A DNA stretch of 64,000 nucleotides from Nitrosopumilus sp. (GCA_965219345.1 OZ244732.1:832001-896000), one strand, 5' to 3'. Positions 19,673 through 28,940 are shown, counted from the stretch's first letter. A program made the numbers and translations. Notes: generated from the sequence alone by a model not told the origin.

Positions 19673-20464
19673 TTAATTACCAAACATTGAAGTAATGATG
19701 TCACTTACTTTTTGGTATTCTATATTTCCCCACTGTGTGTATACATTTCCAAAAACAAAATTTGCTGCGTCTTTTGGAGACATTCCTTTGTCTAACATTT
19801 TTCCAAAAGCAATAGTTTCTCTCAAGCTAGGAGAATAAAATAATTCTTCAACAGCAGCAGCTTGTCTTAAAATGTTTGCTAGTTTAATTGCTTGAATGAT
19901 TTCTGATTCATGTTCTCCAGAAACATGTTTTTTTATAATTTCTAATTCAATGTTCTCTGGCGGATATTCTAATCTAATTCGTACTGGAAATCTACTTAGT
20001 ATCTGTGGTGGGAGTTCCTTTGTTCCACTATGTGTTAATGGATTTATAGTTGCGACTACAAACCAATTTTCTTTTGCTTTGATTACTTCTCCTGTTGATT
20101 CTTTTAATACAATTTGTTTTCTATCATCTAACGCTTCATCAAGTCTGAGTAAAACATCAGCTTCAGCTGAATTAATTTCATCCAGGTAAAGTATGTCTCC
20201 CTCTTTCATTGATTTTATCAAAATTCCTTCATCAAAGCTTACAGTTCCATCTGTGAGCGTTTTTGTGCCAACAAGATGACTCTCTCTGGTTCTGAGGCTA
20301 AAATTAATGGATTCTAGATTTACATTCTTGTTTTTTGCAAAATCTCTAACTAAGGATGTCTTTCCAGTTCCCTTTGGCCCTATAATGAGCACAAAAAGAC
20401 CAGCTTCATGCGCCTTATTCAGAATTTGAATTGAGTTATTCCAATCTAGATATTGTATTTCCAA
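19673..20464 (-). CDS. MoxR-class (CbbQ/NirQ/NorQ/GvpN) AAA+ ATPase
   Basis: GPKGTGKT, LYLDEIN, ATINP, LSRF and SLRE motifs. Confidence 0.92.
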   Translation of the reverse strand: MEIQYLDWNNSIQILNKAHEAGLFVLIIGPKGTGKTSLVRDFAKNKNVNLESINFSLRTRESHLVGTKTLTDGTVSFDEGILIKSMKEGDILYLDEINSAEADVLLRLDEALDDRKQIVLKESTGEVIKAKENWFVVATINPLTHSGTKELPPQILSRFPVRIRLEYPPENIELEIIKKHVSGEHESEIIQAIKLANILRQAAAVEELFYSPSLRETIAFGKMLDKGMSPKDAANFVFGNVYTQWGNIEYQKVSDIITSMFGN

Positions 20465-20556
20465 AGTATGTTTTCATTGATTTAAACAATATTTAATATT
20501 AGATCTAATTTCCAAATGCTTCTCTTTTGACATACGATTGATACCTTTTTGTACAT

Positions 20557-20803
20557 TTGAAATTATACTGTATCGTGCGAAAAGTAGACCCAATATCCAA
20601 AGATGAGGCATGGGATAACTTTGTTTCAGCAATTAACAACGAAAAGACTCTGGAAAACTATGTTAGATCACTAAATGAATTCATGGCATTTCATAATCTT
20701 AGAAGCTATGATAAATTCATCAAAGTATCTGTACCTCAAATCCAAAACTTTCTAAAAGAATGGATTAATCATTTAAAATCAAAGAATCTACAGGGAAATA
20801 CAA
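20557..20803 (+). pseudogene. N-terminal (core-binding/SAM-like) fragment of a tyrosine recombinase
   Basis: NEKTLENYVRSLNEFM...IQNFLKEWINHLKSKNLQGNTI is typical of integrase N-termini; the catalytic domain is absent. Confidence 0.6.
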
Positions 20804-20925
20804 TCATGTTCAAAATAACGAAAAACTTCCCAAAGCATGATAGCACCAAAAACTATTCTAAAATAGATCAGTATTGCAATATCGTTTGGTTCAAAAAGTT
20901 TTTTCAAAACAGTGTTTTCAGACAA
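20788..20925 (-). pseudogene. 5' fragment of an HTTM-domain (vitamin-K-dependent carboxylase-like) membrane protein
   Basis: Hand translation MSENTVLKKLFEPNDIAILIYFRIVFGAIMLWEVFRYFEHD matches the HTTM N-terminal pattern, then terminates. Confidence 0.65.
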
Positions 20926-21100
20926 TGAGTATATTGTAAAAAATAGTTTCTAAACTCTTTTTGTTTTACTAAAATTTAACATAAATTAGAATCTTTTAGT
21001 AAACAAAAACTAACAACATTTCTTTGAATTTTAGAATCTTGAACTAAAACATAAAGACCCTTTGACGGACTAAATTTTCATGGGTTTGAGACTATTTTCT

Positions 21101-21152
21101 TTACCCCTACATTTTCTTTAAAAATGATAATTTTATAAATATGTAGGGGTAA
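21101..21152. promoter_or_regulatory. 12-bp perfect inverted repeat bracketing the TATA box of the Fic gene
   Basis: TTACCCCTACAT (21101-21112) and ATGTAGGGGTAA (21141-21152), with TTTATAAA between them. Confidence 0.65.
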
Positions 21153-21161
21153 CTAAATACC

Positions 21162-22049
21162 ATGGTGAGAATAAAGAAAAAATTGCTAAAGGGAAAATTA
21201 TACTATTATCTTGAACACAGTATACGAGAAGGCAAAAAAGTGCAAAAAAAGGAAAAGTACCTAGGAGGAAAGATACCTTCTAACATAGACAAAATCAAAA
21301 AAGAATTCGTTGACGAGATACGCAATAAAATATGGTATGCAGACATAGGCAAAATCAAGAAGAATTTCTCAAAAGAAGAAAAAACCTTACCAAAATCAAT
21401 CAAAGAAAAGAATCTACAAAACTTTGCTATCAGATTCACATATGATACACAACGAATCGAAGGCTCAACTCTAACCAGAAGAGAGACTGCTGACCTACTG
21501 GAAAAAGGAATCACCCCAAAAAGTAAACCTATGGGAGATGTTCAAGAAGCAGAAGCACACAGAGATCTGTTCTACGACATTCTGAAATTCAAAAAAAACT
21601 TTACACTACAAGCGATGCTTGATTGGCACTGGACTCTTTTCAATAAAACAAATCCTGATGTCGCTGGTAGTATAAGAAAATATCAAGTTGGAATAGGTGG
21701 AAGCAAGTTTATGCCACCTTCTCCTGTAGAGGTGTATCCAAAGCTTACAGAGTTTTTCAAATGGTATAAAAAAAATAAAGATAATCTTCATCCTGTAGAA
21801 ATTGCGGCACTTGTACATCTGAAACTTGTGACTATACATCCTTTTGGAGATGGAAACGGTCGTATCACAAGACTCGTAATGAACTTTGTACTGAACAGAA
21901 AAAAATATCCTCTGTTTGATATTCCGTATGAGAATAGGAACAGCTACTATAACGCTCTGGAAAGATCACAGGTAAAAAAAGACGATAAGATATTTCTTCA
22001 GTGGTTTGTAAAGCGATATACAAAGGAATACAAGCGATACCTAAAGTAA
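21162..22049 (+). CDS. Fic family protein (AMPylase-type motif, intrinsic inhibitory helix)
   Basis: HPFGDGNGRITR catalytic motif and N-terminal TQRIEG (S/T)xxxE(G/N) motif. Confidence 0.95.
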   Translation: MVRIKKKLLKGKLYYYLEHSIREGKKVQKKEKYLGGKIPSNIDKIKKEFVDEIRNKIWYADIGKIKKNFSKEEKTLPKSIKEKNLQNFAIRFTYDTQRIEGSTLTRRETADLLEKGITPKSKPMGDVQEAEAHRDLFYDILKFKKNFTLQAMLDWHWTLFNKTNPDVAGSIRKYQVGIGGSKFMPPSPVEVYPKLTEFFKWYKKNKDNLHPVEIAALVHLKLVTIHPFGDGNGRITRLVMNFVLNRKKYPLFDIPYENRNSYYNALERSQVKKDDKIFLQWFVKRYTKEYKRYLK

Positions 22050-22265
22050 TTTTTTGTATGGAATTAAACAATAAAATGTAGTCCTAAACTAAATTACTGG
22101 GGCTCTTTTGAGGGTTAATCATTCCCCATAATTGGCTCAAATCTAAGAAATTGAATACGAATTAGCTCTAAATTTCATTTAGTTTTATGGTATATACTGT
22201 CGAGCAAAAGTTCATGAGATCAAACTTATCCGACAGAAACACATTTTGATCACGCCGCACCACGC

Positions 22266-22394
22266 ATGACAATGTCAGCCGTAAAACCAAGGGATCTCAA
22301 AAAAGCGTACAAGAGGGAAAAGGATCCGAGGGTGCGTGCAAGAATGCTTGCAGTAAACATGGTCTGCATGAACAGCCAAAGCATCCAGCATGCA
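22266..22394 (+). mobile_element. IS630-like transposase N-terminal fragment
   Basis: LKKAYKREKDPRVRARMLAVNMV pattern; GC-rich relative to flanks; truncated. Confidence 0.6.
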
Positions 22395-22728
22395 GTTTTC
22401 CGGCCTGCCCATGGGTGCGGGATGCGATATGTCCCGTGCAACGCGGTTTTTGTGCCTAACCCACAGCCTCCGGACCCACCGCACCGTCACGCCCATGGAT
22501 TCTGCAATCTGGGCGTTTGTGAGGACGTCCTTTCTCTTCTCCCGCACTATCCATCGTATCCCTGATTCGGTTAGCTTCATGTTGTTTGGGTGTTCCAGGC
22601 TCACGCATCTTCCTAGCCTTTTGCGCCATACCCACACGCCCTTGTTTCCCGTGATGGTAAGGCTGGTGCACCTGCTTCTGGCCGACTCCACATACTTGGA
22701 GAAGAGGTGAACGACTTTCCGTACAACA
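22395..22728 (-). mobile_element. IS481-like element fragment (one end plus N-terminal HTH of the transposase)
   Basis: MKLTESGIRWIVREKRKDVLTNAQIAESMGVTVRWVRRLW from ATG 22580. Minus-strand terminus TGTTGTACGG at 22728 coincides with the GC boundary. Confidence 0.6.
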
Positions 22729-22844
22729 TAAAGATGACTCGGATGATGAATAACTAGTGAATCTCATAGATTGAGCCTAGAATTTGATTTAATTAGTAAT
22801 TTTTCAACGATTTCATTAATTTCAAAAGTGGGTTTTTGTATCAA

Positions 22845-24302
22845 TCATGTACCAAAAGCTTCTACTTTTGTAACTGCTTCATCAAATCTCTGATGTAGCG
22901 TCTTATTCCATTCATCAAAACCTGAAGGATCTTTTGGATAATTGTGGTAATGTTCAACTAGCCATTGATTTTGTTCTGATGTGTATTTTAGCGCTTTTGC
23001 AACTGTCTTATTCATCGCACCTCTAATGATCATCCCAATCTTTCCTAATCCCGAAAAGTCTGGATGCTCACCTTTGCTAATTGATTCAACATCAAGATTT
23101 CCCAAAAAGTGTTTCATTCCATAACTGATTTGATCATTAGTCATTTGTTGTACTAATCCTCTAAAAAGTTCAAGACCTGCAGTCTTGTATCCATATTCTT
23201 TGATAAAGTCAAGATTGTATTGCCAAAGACTTGCTTCTGAAACATCCTTTCCTTCTATTGCTTGAACTACATTATTTCCAATAATTGCTCCTGCAATTAA
23301 TGCAGGCCCTATTCCACCCGCATCAATTGCTTTTGGCATCCATGCAGAATCTCCAACTAACATGAATCCTCCAGATACCATACAATCATTTTGTCTTCTA
23401 ACTGAAACTTGGAAAACCCCCGAATTATTGTTAATATCCTCAGGATCTTCTGATAATCTTGAATTTTTGATTGCTTTATTCCTTTCAAGATATTCTTTCA
23501 TTAATGATGCTACGTTGTCTTTCTTACCAAGTCTTTGGTTTCTTTTATCTAAAAATGATTTTTCAACTCCTAAACCAATGTTAACTTTGTTATCTGCTTT
23601 AGGAAACACCCATCCATATCCGCCAGGCGCAATATCTTGATCTAAATGAATTATACAATAATCAGGATCAAATTCTGTAAGATCTTTTTGTCCTTGATCA
23701 AAATACATAATGTATCTACCTGTAGATTCCAAATCTCGTCTATCAATTCTTTTTTCTACTTTTGTTGAGTTTTGAAGTCCATTTCTAAGCGTAGATGTAA
23801 CTCCAGTTGCATCAACTACAATTTTTGATGTTTTCTTAAATGGTTGTTTTGTTTTGTTATCTATTCCTTGAATCCCTATTACTTGTTGACCATCGTAAAT
23901 TAGGCCAGTGAGGTTAATCTCATACTCAAACTCAATTCCTATTTTTCTACATCTTTCATTTTGAATTTCAGGTAGCTTTTGGCGATTTAACATGAATCCA
24001 GCTCCATCAAATGGAATTGCAGTTTCTCTGTCTGGCGAAAATGCCATTACACCTTTTACATCATGTTCAATTTCTGGTTTGGTCCATTCAACTTTAATTC
24101 TATCTGACATGAAATCTACAGCCTCCTTGGAACATGCATCTCCACATACCCAACCAGCCAATGATTTTCTACCAGGTAAAAATTCTGTATTTCTATCAAT
24201 AACCAAAATCTTTAGGTTTTGATTAGAATAATGAGAAATAGACTGTGCTGTAATTGTACCTGCAAGGCCCCCACCAGCAACTATAACATCGTAATCTGCC
24301 AC
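22845..24302 (-). CDS. geranylgeranyl reductase family FAD oxidoreductase
   Basis: GGGLAG Rossmann motif, VCGDA, PGGYGWVFPK and VGDSA. Confidence 0.88.
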   Translation of the reverse strand: MADYDVIVAGGGLAGTITAQSISHYSNQNLKILVIDRNTEFLPGRKSLAGWVCGDACSKEAVDFMSDRIKVEWTKPEIEHDVKGVMAFSPDRETAIPFDGAGFMLNRQKLPEIQNERCRKIGIEFEYEINLTGLIYDGQQVIGIQGIDNKTKQPFKKTSKIVVDATGVTSTLRNGLQNSTKVEKRIDRRDLESTGRYIMYFDQGQKDLTEFDPDYCIIHLDQDIAPGGYGWVFPKADNKVNIGLGVEKSFLDKRNQRLGKKDNVASLMKEYLERNKAIKNSRLSEDPEDINNNSGVFQVSVRRQNDCMVSGGFMLVGDSAWMPKAIDAGGIGPALIAGAIIGNNVVQAIEGKDVSEASLWQYNLDFIKEYGYKTAGLELFRGLVQQMTNDQISYGMKHFLGNLDVESISKGEHPDFSGLGKIGMIIRGAMNKTVAKALKYTSEQNQWLVEHYHNYPKDPSGFDEWNKTLHQRFDEAVTKVEAFGT

Positions 24303-24391
24303 GATAATGAAATTTGTCTATCCGTATTTAAAATAATACCATGATAAAATGTAAGGAATTCTTACAACAAATTCCCATGATCGATTAAAAA

Positions 24392-24462
24392 TGGGGTCGG
24401 TTCGTCGCGGCGTCTTCAAGGCTTTCGCTCAGACTGGAGCGGCTATTATTTCCTCATTCCCA
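24392..24462 (-). ncRNA. box C/D sRNA
   Basis: UGGG-A-AUGAGGA(C)-18 nt-CUGA(D')-GC GAAA GC-C-UUGAAGA(C')-12 nt-CCGA(D)-C-CCCA followed by a U-run; TTAAATA box about 25-30 nt upstream. Confidence 0.75.
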
Positions 24463-24492
24463 AATTTAATAATTCTATTATTCTTATTTAAT

Positions 24493-24921
24493 CTAGTTGG
24501 CAATTTGAAAAATTTCTGTGAATGTTTTGACAGTATTTTTTTTGTTGTAAATAGGAGTGTGAATTTTTATTTTTATTGTATCTTTCTCTCCAAATGCAAG
24601 GTTTCCTTTGACTAGTTCTTGTTTGTCTAATCTCATATGAAATCTAGAATCAATTGTTCTTTCTTCAATTTCTTCAATTAATTCATTGATTTGCTCAATA
24701 GATAACAATTCCAAAAATTTTCTCATAAAATTTTGAGCCTCTTTTTTTACTATTTTTGAATTTAGCACAATTATTGGATTATCAAAGTGTCCTGCGGTCT
24801 CATGAATTGTAAAATTTTCTTCTTTTAGGTCTAACAATTCTTCAAAAGATTGGTACATTTTTGAAATGTCTTCAGTTGCATGAATAATTACATCAATTGT
24901 CACTTCTATCTTATCAATCAT
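24493..24921 (-). CDS. archaeal RNA-binding protein (DUF54-like, exosome-associated family)
   Basis: HATED, GHFDNPI and MRLDKQ motifs. Confidence 0.82.
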   Translation of the reverse strand: MIDKIEVTIDVIIHATEDISKMYQSFEELLDLKEENFTIHETAGHFDNPIIVLNSKIVKKEAQNFMRKFLELLSIEQINELIEEIEERTIDSRFHMRLDKQELVKGNLAFGEKDTIKIKIHTPIYNKKNTVKTFTEIFQIAN

Positions 24922-24947
24922 GATTGTAAAAGAATAATGCTAGTTTA

Positions 24948-25559
24948 TTATGCTTCAAGTAAGATTGTTTCTTTGTCTGCAGTTCTAATGAGTTTCACTT
25001 TCTCAAGACCTACGTGTCTCACTCTGATAACTTTCTTGAATGCTGCCATAATATCTGAATTTATCTTACTATAACAAGTGGCCTGGACAAATTGTTCAAC
25101 TGTCATTTCTGGAACTGTCTTGTTAATTACGTCTTTTGCAATTAATCTAAGAGCATGTTTTCTAGATGTGTTTAGTTGTCTATGGGTTAGAGCAATTACT
25201 TTGACTCTAAAGATGTATCCATCTTTTGTTTTGATATCAATGATAAAATTAATTTTTGATGAACCACGTCTAACTAAACTACGCAAAAATTCTTTTGAAT
25301 ATTCAAATCTCTTAAAAATTGTTGATGCTTTATCTCCATCAACCTTGTCAATCTGAAAATACATTTTGTACTGATGTTGTGAAGGATCTCCCTTTAGAAT
25401 ATCATAAAGTGTTACTTCTAAAACTCTACCTATTGTGTTTTCATCGCTTGTAATTGGAACATAAGCAATTGGGACAACATTAAATGATTCTGGAGCATTT
25501 ACTGTAACCCAGCGTTTTTCCCTCCACTTGTCTTTTACTCGACCTTTTCTACGTGCCAA
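24948..25559 (-). CDS. rps3ae: 30S ribosomal protein S3Ae (eS1)
   Basis: KDKWREKRW, GRVLEVTL and RSLVRRGSSKI. Confidence 0.97.
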   Translation of the reverse strand: MARRKGRVKDKWREKRWVTVNAPESFNVVPIAYVPITSDENTIGRVLEVTLYDILKGDPSQHQYKMYFQIDKVDGDKASTIFKRFEYSKEFLRSLVRRGSSKINFIIDIKTKDGYIFRVKVIALTHRQLNTSRKHALRLIAKDVINKTVPEMTVEQFVQATCYSKINSDIMAAFKKVIRVRHVGLEKVKLIRTADKETILLEA

Positions 25560-25596
25560 TTATTATCGACCTTTAAATCCAAAATATAAGGGTATG

Positions 25597-26865
25597 TTAC
25601 CAGATCTCTTTCTGATTTCCCATGTAACTTTGTAAAACCTTGGGAATTGTAAAATGTCCATCCTTTGTTTGATTATTTTCCATTATTGAAACCAAAACTC
25701 TGGTTGTGGCAACAAGGGTACTGTTAAGCGTGTGTAAATATTGCGTATCTTCATTTGTTTTATCTCTAAATCTGATTTTCAATCTTCTTGCCTGATAATC
25801 CAAACAGTTTGAGCAAGAAACAATTTCTCTATAAGCATTTTGTCCTGCCATCCATGCTTCAATATCATATGTCTTTGCTGAAACTTTTCCCATATCTCCA
25901 GTTGATAGTAACATCACTTTATGTGGAATTTCTAATTTCTGATAAAATTCTTCGGCCAATGTCAACATTTTTTCATGCTCGTTCCAAGAATCTTCTGGTC
26001 TTGAAAATACAAATTGCTCAATTTTGTCAAACTGATGCACTCTGAAAATTCCTTTTTGATCTCTTCCATGTGCACCAGCCTCTTTTCTAAAACATGGACT
26101 AACGCCAGCATATCTTATAGGCAGATCTTTTCCCTCAATGATTTCCTTTGAGTGCATTGCTGCTATGGCATGTTCAGATGTTCCAATCATGTATAGATCT
26201 TCTTCTTCCACCTTGTAGATTACTTCTTCAAAATCATTTGCAATTACTGCACCTTCCATTGATTCTCGATTAATCATATATGGTGGCTGAACAAGAACAT
26301 ACTCTTTTTTTGCAAGAAAATCTAATGCGTAGTGAATTAGTGATTGGTTTAATCTTACCAAGTCATTTTTTAGATAATAGAATCTGGCTCCCGCAACCTT
26401 TGCAGCTCTTTCCAAGTCTACCAAATCCAAATTTTCAGAAATATCAATATGATCCTTTATTTTAAAATCAAAATTTGGAATTTCTCCCCATTTTCTAAGC
26501 TCTTTATTTGCACTTTCATCTGCTCCAATAGGAATTGATTCATGAACAAGGTTTGGAATTGTAAGTGCCAAATTAGAATAGGCGTTTTCAATAGTTTCTT
26601 GCTCTGATTCTAATTTTGCAAGTTCATCTGAGACTTGAACCATTTCATTTAAAATCTTGGTTGTATCTTCTCCTGCTTTTTTCTTTTGAGATATTTGAAT
26701 CCCCACCTCGTTTTTCTTTTTTCGAAGATTATCAGTTTCTATGATAAATTCACGCCTTTTTTGATCAAATTCTATTAATTCATCTAAATCAAAATCTACA
26801 GACCTTGCTTTGAGCATGTCTCGAATAATCTGTGGTTTTTCTTTAATTAATTTAGGATCTAACAT
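25597..26865 (-). CDS. serS: serine--tRNA ligase
   Basis: GTSEH, FRKEAG, GIFRVHQF, EIVSCSNCLDYQARR and HTLN. Confidence 0.98.
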   Translation of the reverse strand: MLDPKLIKEKPQIIRDMLKARSVDFDLDELIEFDQKRREFIIETDNLRKKKNEVGIQISQKKKAGEDTTKILNEMVQVSDELAKLESEQETIENAYSNLALTIPNLVHESIPIGADESANKELRKWGEIPNFDFKIKDHIDISENLDLVDLERAAKVAGARFYYLKNDLVRLNQSLIHYALDFLAKKEYVLVQPPYMINRESMEGAVIANDFEEVIYKVEEEDLYMIGTSEHAIAAMHSKEIIEGKDLPIRYAGVSPCFRKEAGAHGRDQKGIFRVHQFDKIEQFVFSRPEDSWNEHEKMLTLAEEFYQKLEIPHKVMLLSTGDMGKVSAKTYDIEAWMAGQNAYREIVSCSNCLDYQARRLKIRFRDKTNEDTQYLHTLNSTLVATTRVLVSIMENNQTKDGHFTIPKVLQSYMGNQKEIW

Positions 26866-27107
26866 TATTCAATCACCTTTAATGCAATCTGAACATGCTC
26901 TAACACTTCATCAATCGTTCCAATAAGTTGTTTCATGTTATCCTTACTTTCAAAATTAAAAACTAGTTTGTTATCAATATTTTCAACATAAAGACTCAAT
27001 CCTTCTGGAAAATTTACATTATCGGGTTCAAGCGCATTTTTGACAGTTTCTGCCTTTTCTTTTGATATATTATTGAGAACTATCTGAATCTGACACTTTA
27101 ACGACAT
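26865..27107 (-). CDS. pcc1: KEOPS subunit Pcc1-like
   Basis: 80 aa with ALEPDN motif; context between the DHH gene and serS. Confidence 0.75.
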   Translation of the reverse strand: MSLKCQIQIVLNNISKEKAETVKNALEPDNVNFPEGLSLYVENIDNKLVFNFESKDNMKQLIGTIDEVLEHVQIALKVIE

Positions 27108-28491
27108 TTACTTCTAAATAATTAAGAAATTCATCTAATTTGTCTTTAGTTATTTTTGCCCCTGCTGCTGCATTATGACCCCCTCCAATACCGTCAAATT
27201 TCTCAGCACCTGTTCTCATTAGTTCGCTTAGATTGATATCTGATTTACAACTAAAGGATTTTCTAGATGAAAACTTGATTGTATTTTCTTCGCCCTTGGT
27301 TCTCAAAATTACAATTTTTCCTGCATTTTTCGGCGATCCTGCAATCAATGATGAAATTGTTCCAGTCATTGTCTCTGGTACTATATCTTCACCATTTACC
27401 ATAACACAAGTTTTGCTTTCTGAGATTCTCCATCTTTCATTTGATAAAATATTCATGTATTCTCTAATCTTCTTCCTGTACTCCGTAAGAATTGTTTCCC
27501 CCACTCTTAGAATCTTATTCCTATCCCCCATACAAATTGCCATTCCGACACCCGAATGATTAATTCTTCCACATGAGTTTAACATGGTTGAAAACTCCCT
27601 TCCATCTCGCAAGAAGCTTCTCTTGTCCTCTCTTGGAAATGTGTATGTGTATCCAATTAATTCTGACATGATTTCAGTGGCGTTTTTTCCAGAAGTAAAT
27701 TTAGTAATTGATTCAATTACTAGCCTTTTTTCTCCCTCATTTAGTTCTGCTGAAACTCTCCATCTTCCTTCATCCTTTAACTGAATTCCTGATGAATTAA
27801 GAAGAGAAAGACATGCATCTCTGTTCCATGTTAAACCTTCGATAAATGGCTGTGAAGTAAATGCTAGGGCATCAGGAAGAGGTCTAGTTTCTCTTCCGAC
27901 CAATAACAAATCCAAATCAATATCTAACAAACCCTGTTCTTTGGCAGTATTGGCAATCTCAAAATTCTTACCTGTAAATGATTTTCTTTCTCCTTGATCT
28001 TGTCTGTCTCCCAATGCAGAAACAACTGCAATAGCAGACAAATCTGAATTTTTTTCATCAAGTGCCATTGATGCAAGATATGCCATTCCGCCTGCACAAA
28101 TCTCAACCCCTCCATCAATTCCATATTTCCAAGCATTGATGACATTTTCATTATCCAACTCTTCTTCTGGAATCTGGTGATGGTCTAAAACAATCCAGTT
28201 ATCACCTAAGGTTTCATTTAGATCCTTTGCAAAGCCTCCTCCTAGATCTGTAACTATATGGAAATCCCGAGAATCTGTTTTGAAAGATTCTGCTACTTTT
28301 TTATTAAATTCTTTTGATGTTCTGACAGTGCATTTGGCACCTGCTCTGATTAGAGCTTTGGTGATAATACTTCCAGATGAAAGTCCATCACAATCAATAT
28401 GGGTCGTGACAAAAATTGATTTTCTAGATTTTATGCAATCTGAAATTTTGTCTTTGAAAAATGAAAGTGACTCATCAAGTGATTTTGTCAT
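27070..28491 (-). CDS. RecJ/GAN-like DHH-DHHA1 phosphoesterase
   Basis: HIDCDG, TDLG, LDHH and GGGHNAAAG; translationally coupled to rps15. Confidence 0.92.
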   Translation of the reverse strand: MTKSLDESLSFFKDKISDCIKSRKSIFVTTHIDCDGLSSGSIITKALIRAGAKCTVRTSKEFNKKVAESFKTDSRDFHIVTDLGGGFAKDLNETLGDNWIVLDHHQIPEEELDNENVINAWKYGIDGGVEICAGGMAYLASMALDEKNSDLSAIAVVSALGDRQDQGERKSFTGKNFEIANTAKEQGLLDIDLDLLLVGRETRPLPDALAFTSQPFIEGLTWNRDACLSLLNSSGIQLKDEGRWRVSAELNEGEKRLVIESITKFTSGKNATEIMSELIGYTYTFPREDKRSFLRDGREFSTMLNSCGRINHSGVGMAICMGDRNKILRVGETILTEYRKKIREYMNILSNERWRISESKTCVMVNGEDIVPETMTGTISSLIAGSPKNAGKIVILRTKGEENTIKFSSRKSFSCKSDINLSELMRTGAEKFDGIGGGHNAAAGAKITKDKLDEFLNYLEVNVVKVSDSDSSQ

Positions 28492-28940
28492 TACTCTAGT
28501 TGAGCAACTACGGATTTATATTTCCAAGTTTTGGGAATTCTTTCTATTTTTTTGTAGTAAACAGATAGTCTATGAACTTTGGCTTCAATTAATTCCAAAG
28601 ATCTAACATTTCTGTTATCCCCTTTGTTTGCTTTAAGGTGCTTTTGAAGACCTACTGCTTTTTTGACAATATTTTCAAGATCTTCAGGCATTTCTGCTTT
28701 CAAATCATTTTCTTCTAGAATCTCACCAATGCTTTTTTTGGTAATTGGTTTGATTAGAGGAATTGCGTGTTGATCTCTTAATTTATTTCCAATTTGACTA
28801 GGCGTAAATCCATCTTTTGTGTATTTTACCACCAACTCTTCAATTTCTTTGGAACCAAGTGTTACCCAAGAAGGTACACTCAATGTTACTGGTCTAATAG
28901 AGTGTGATTTTCCATGTCTATGTGTGTGCATTCGTCCCAT
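28491..28940 (-). CDS. rps15: 30S ribosomal protein S15 (uS15)
   Basis: MGRMHT..GKSHS, PSQIG.LRD and PEDL. Confidence 0.97.
   Translation of the reverse strand: MGRMHTHRHGKSHSIRPVTLSVPSWVTLGSKEIEELVVKYTKDGFTPSQIGNKLRDQHAIPLIKPITKKSIGEILEENDLKAEMPEDLENIVKKAVGLQKHLKANKGDNRNVRSLELIEAKVHRLSVYYKKIERIPKTWKYKSVVAQLE

Noticed and set aside
22250-22767. Five overlapping ORFs in the GC-rich block as real genes
   Set aside because: Explained by high GC and two truncated transposase fragments.
24391-24615. 74-aa + strand ORF, and a tRNA-like reading of the GC-rich 24391-24450 block
   Set aside because: The ORF is antisense to a real gene; no cloverleaf forms. The - strand fits a box C/D sRNA.
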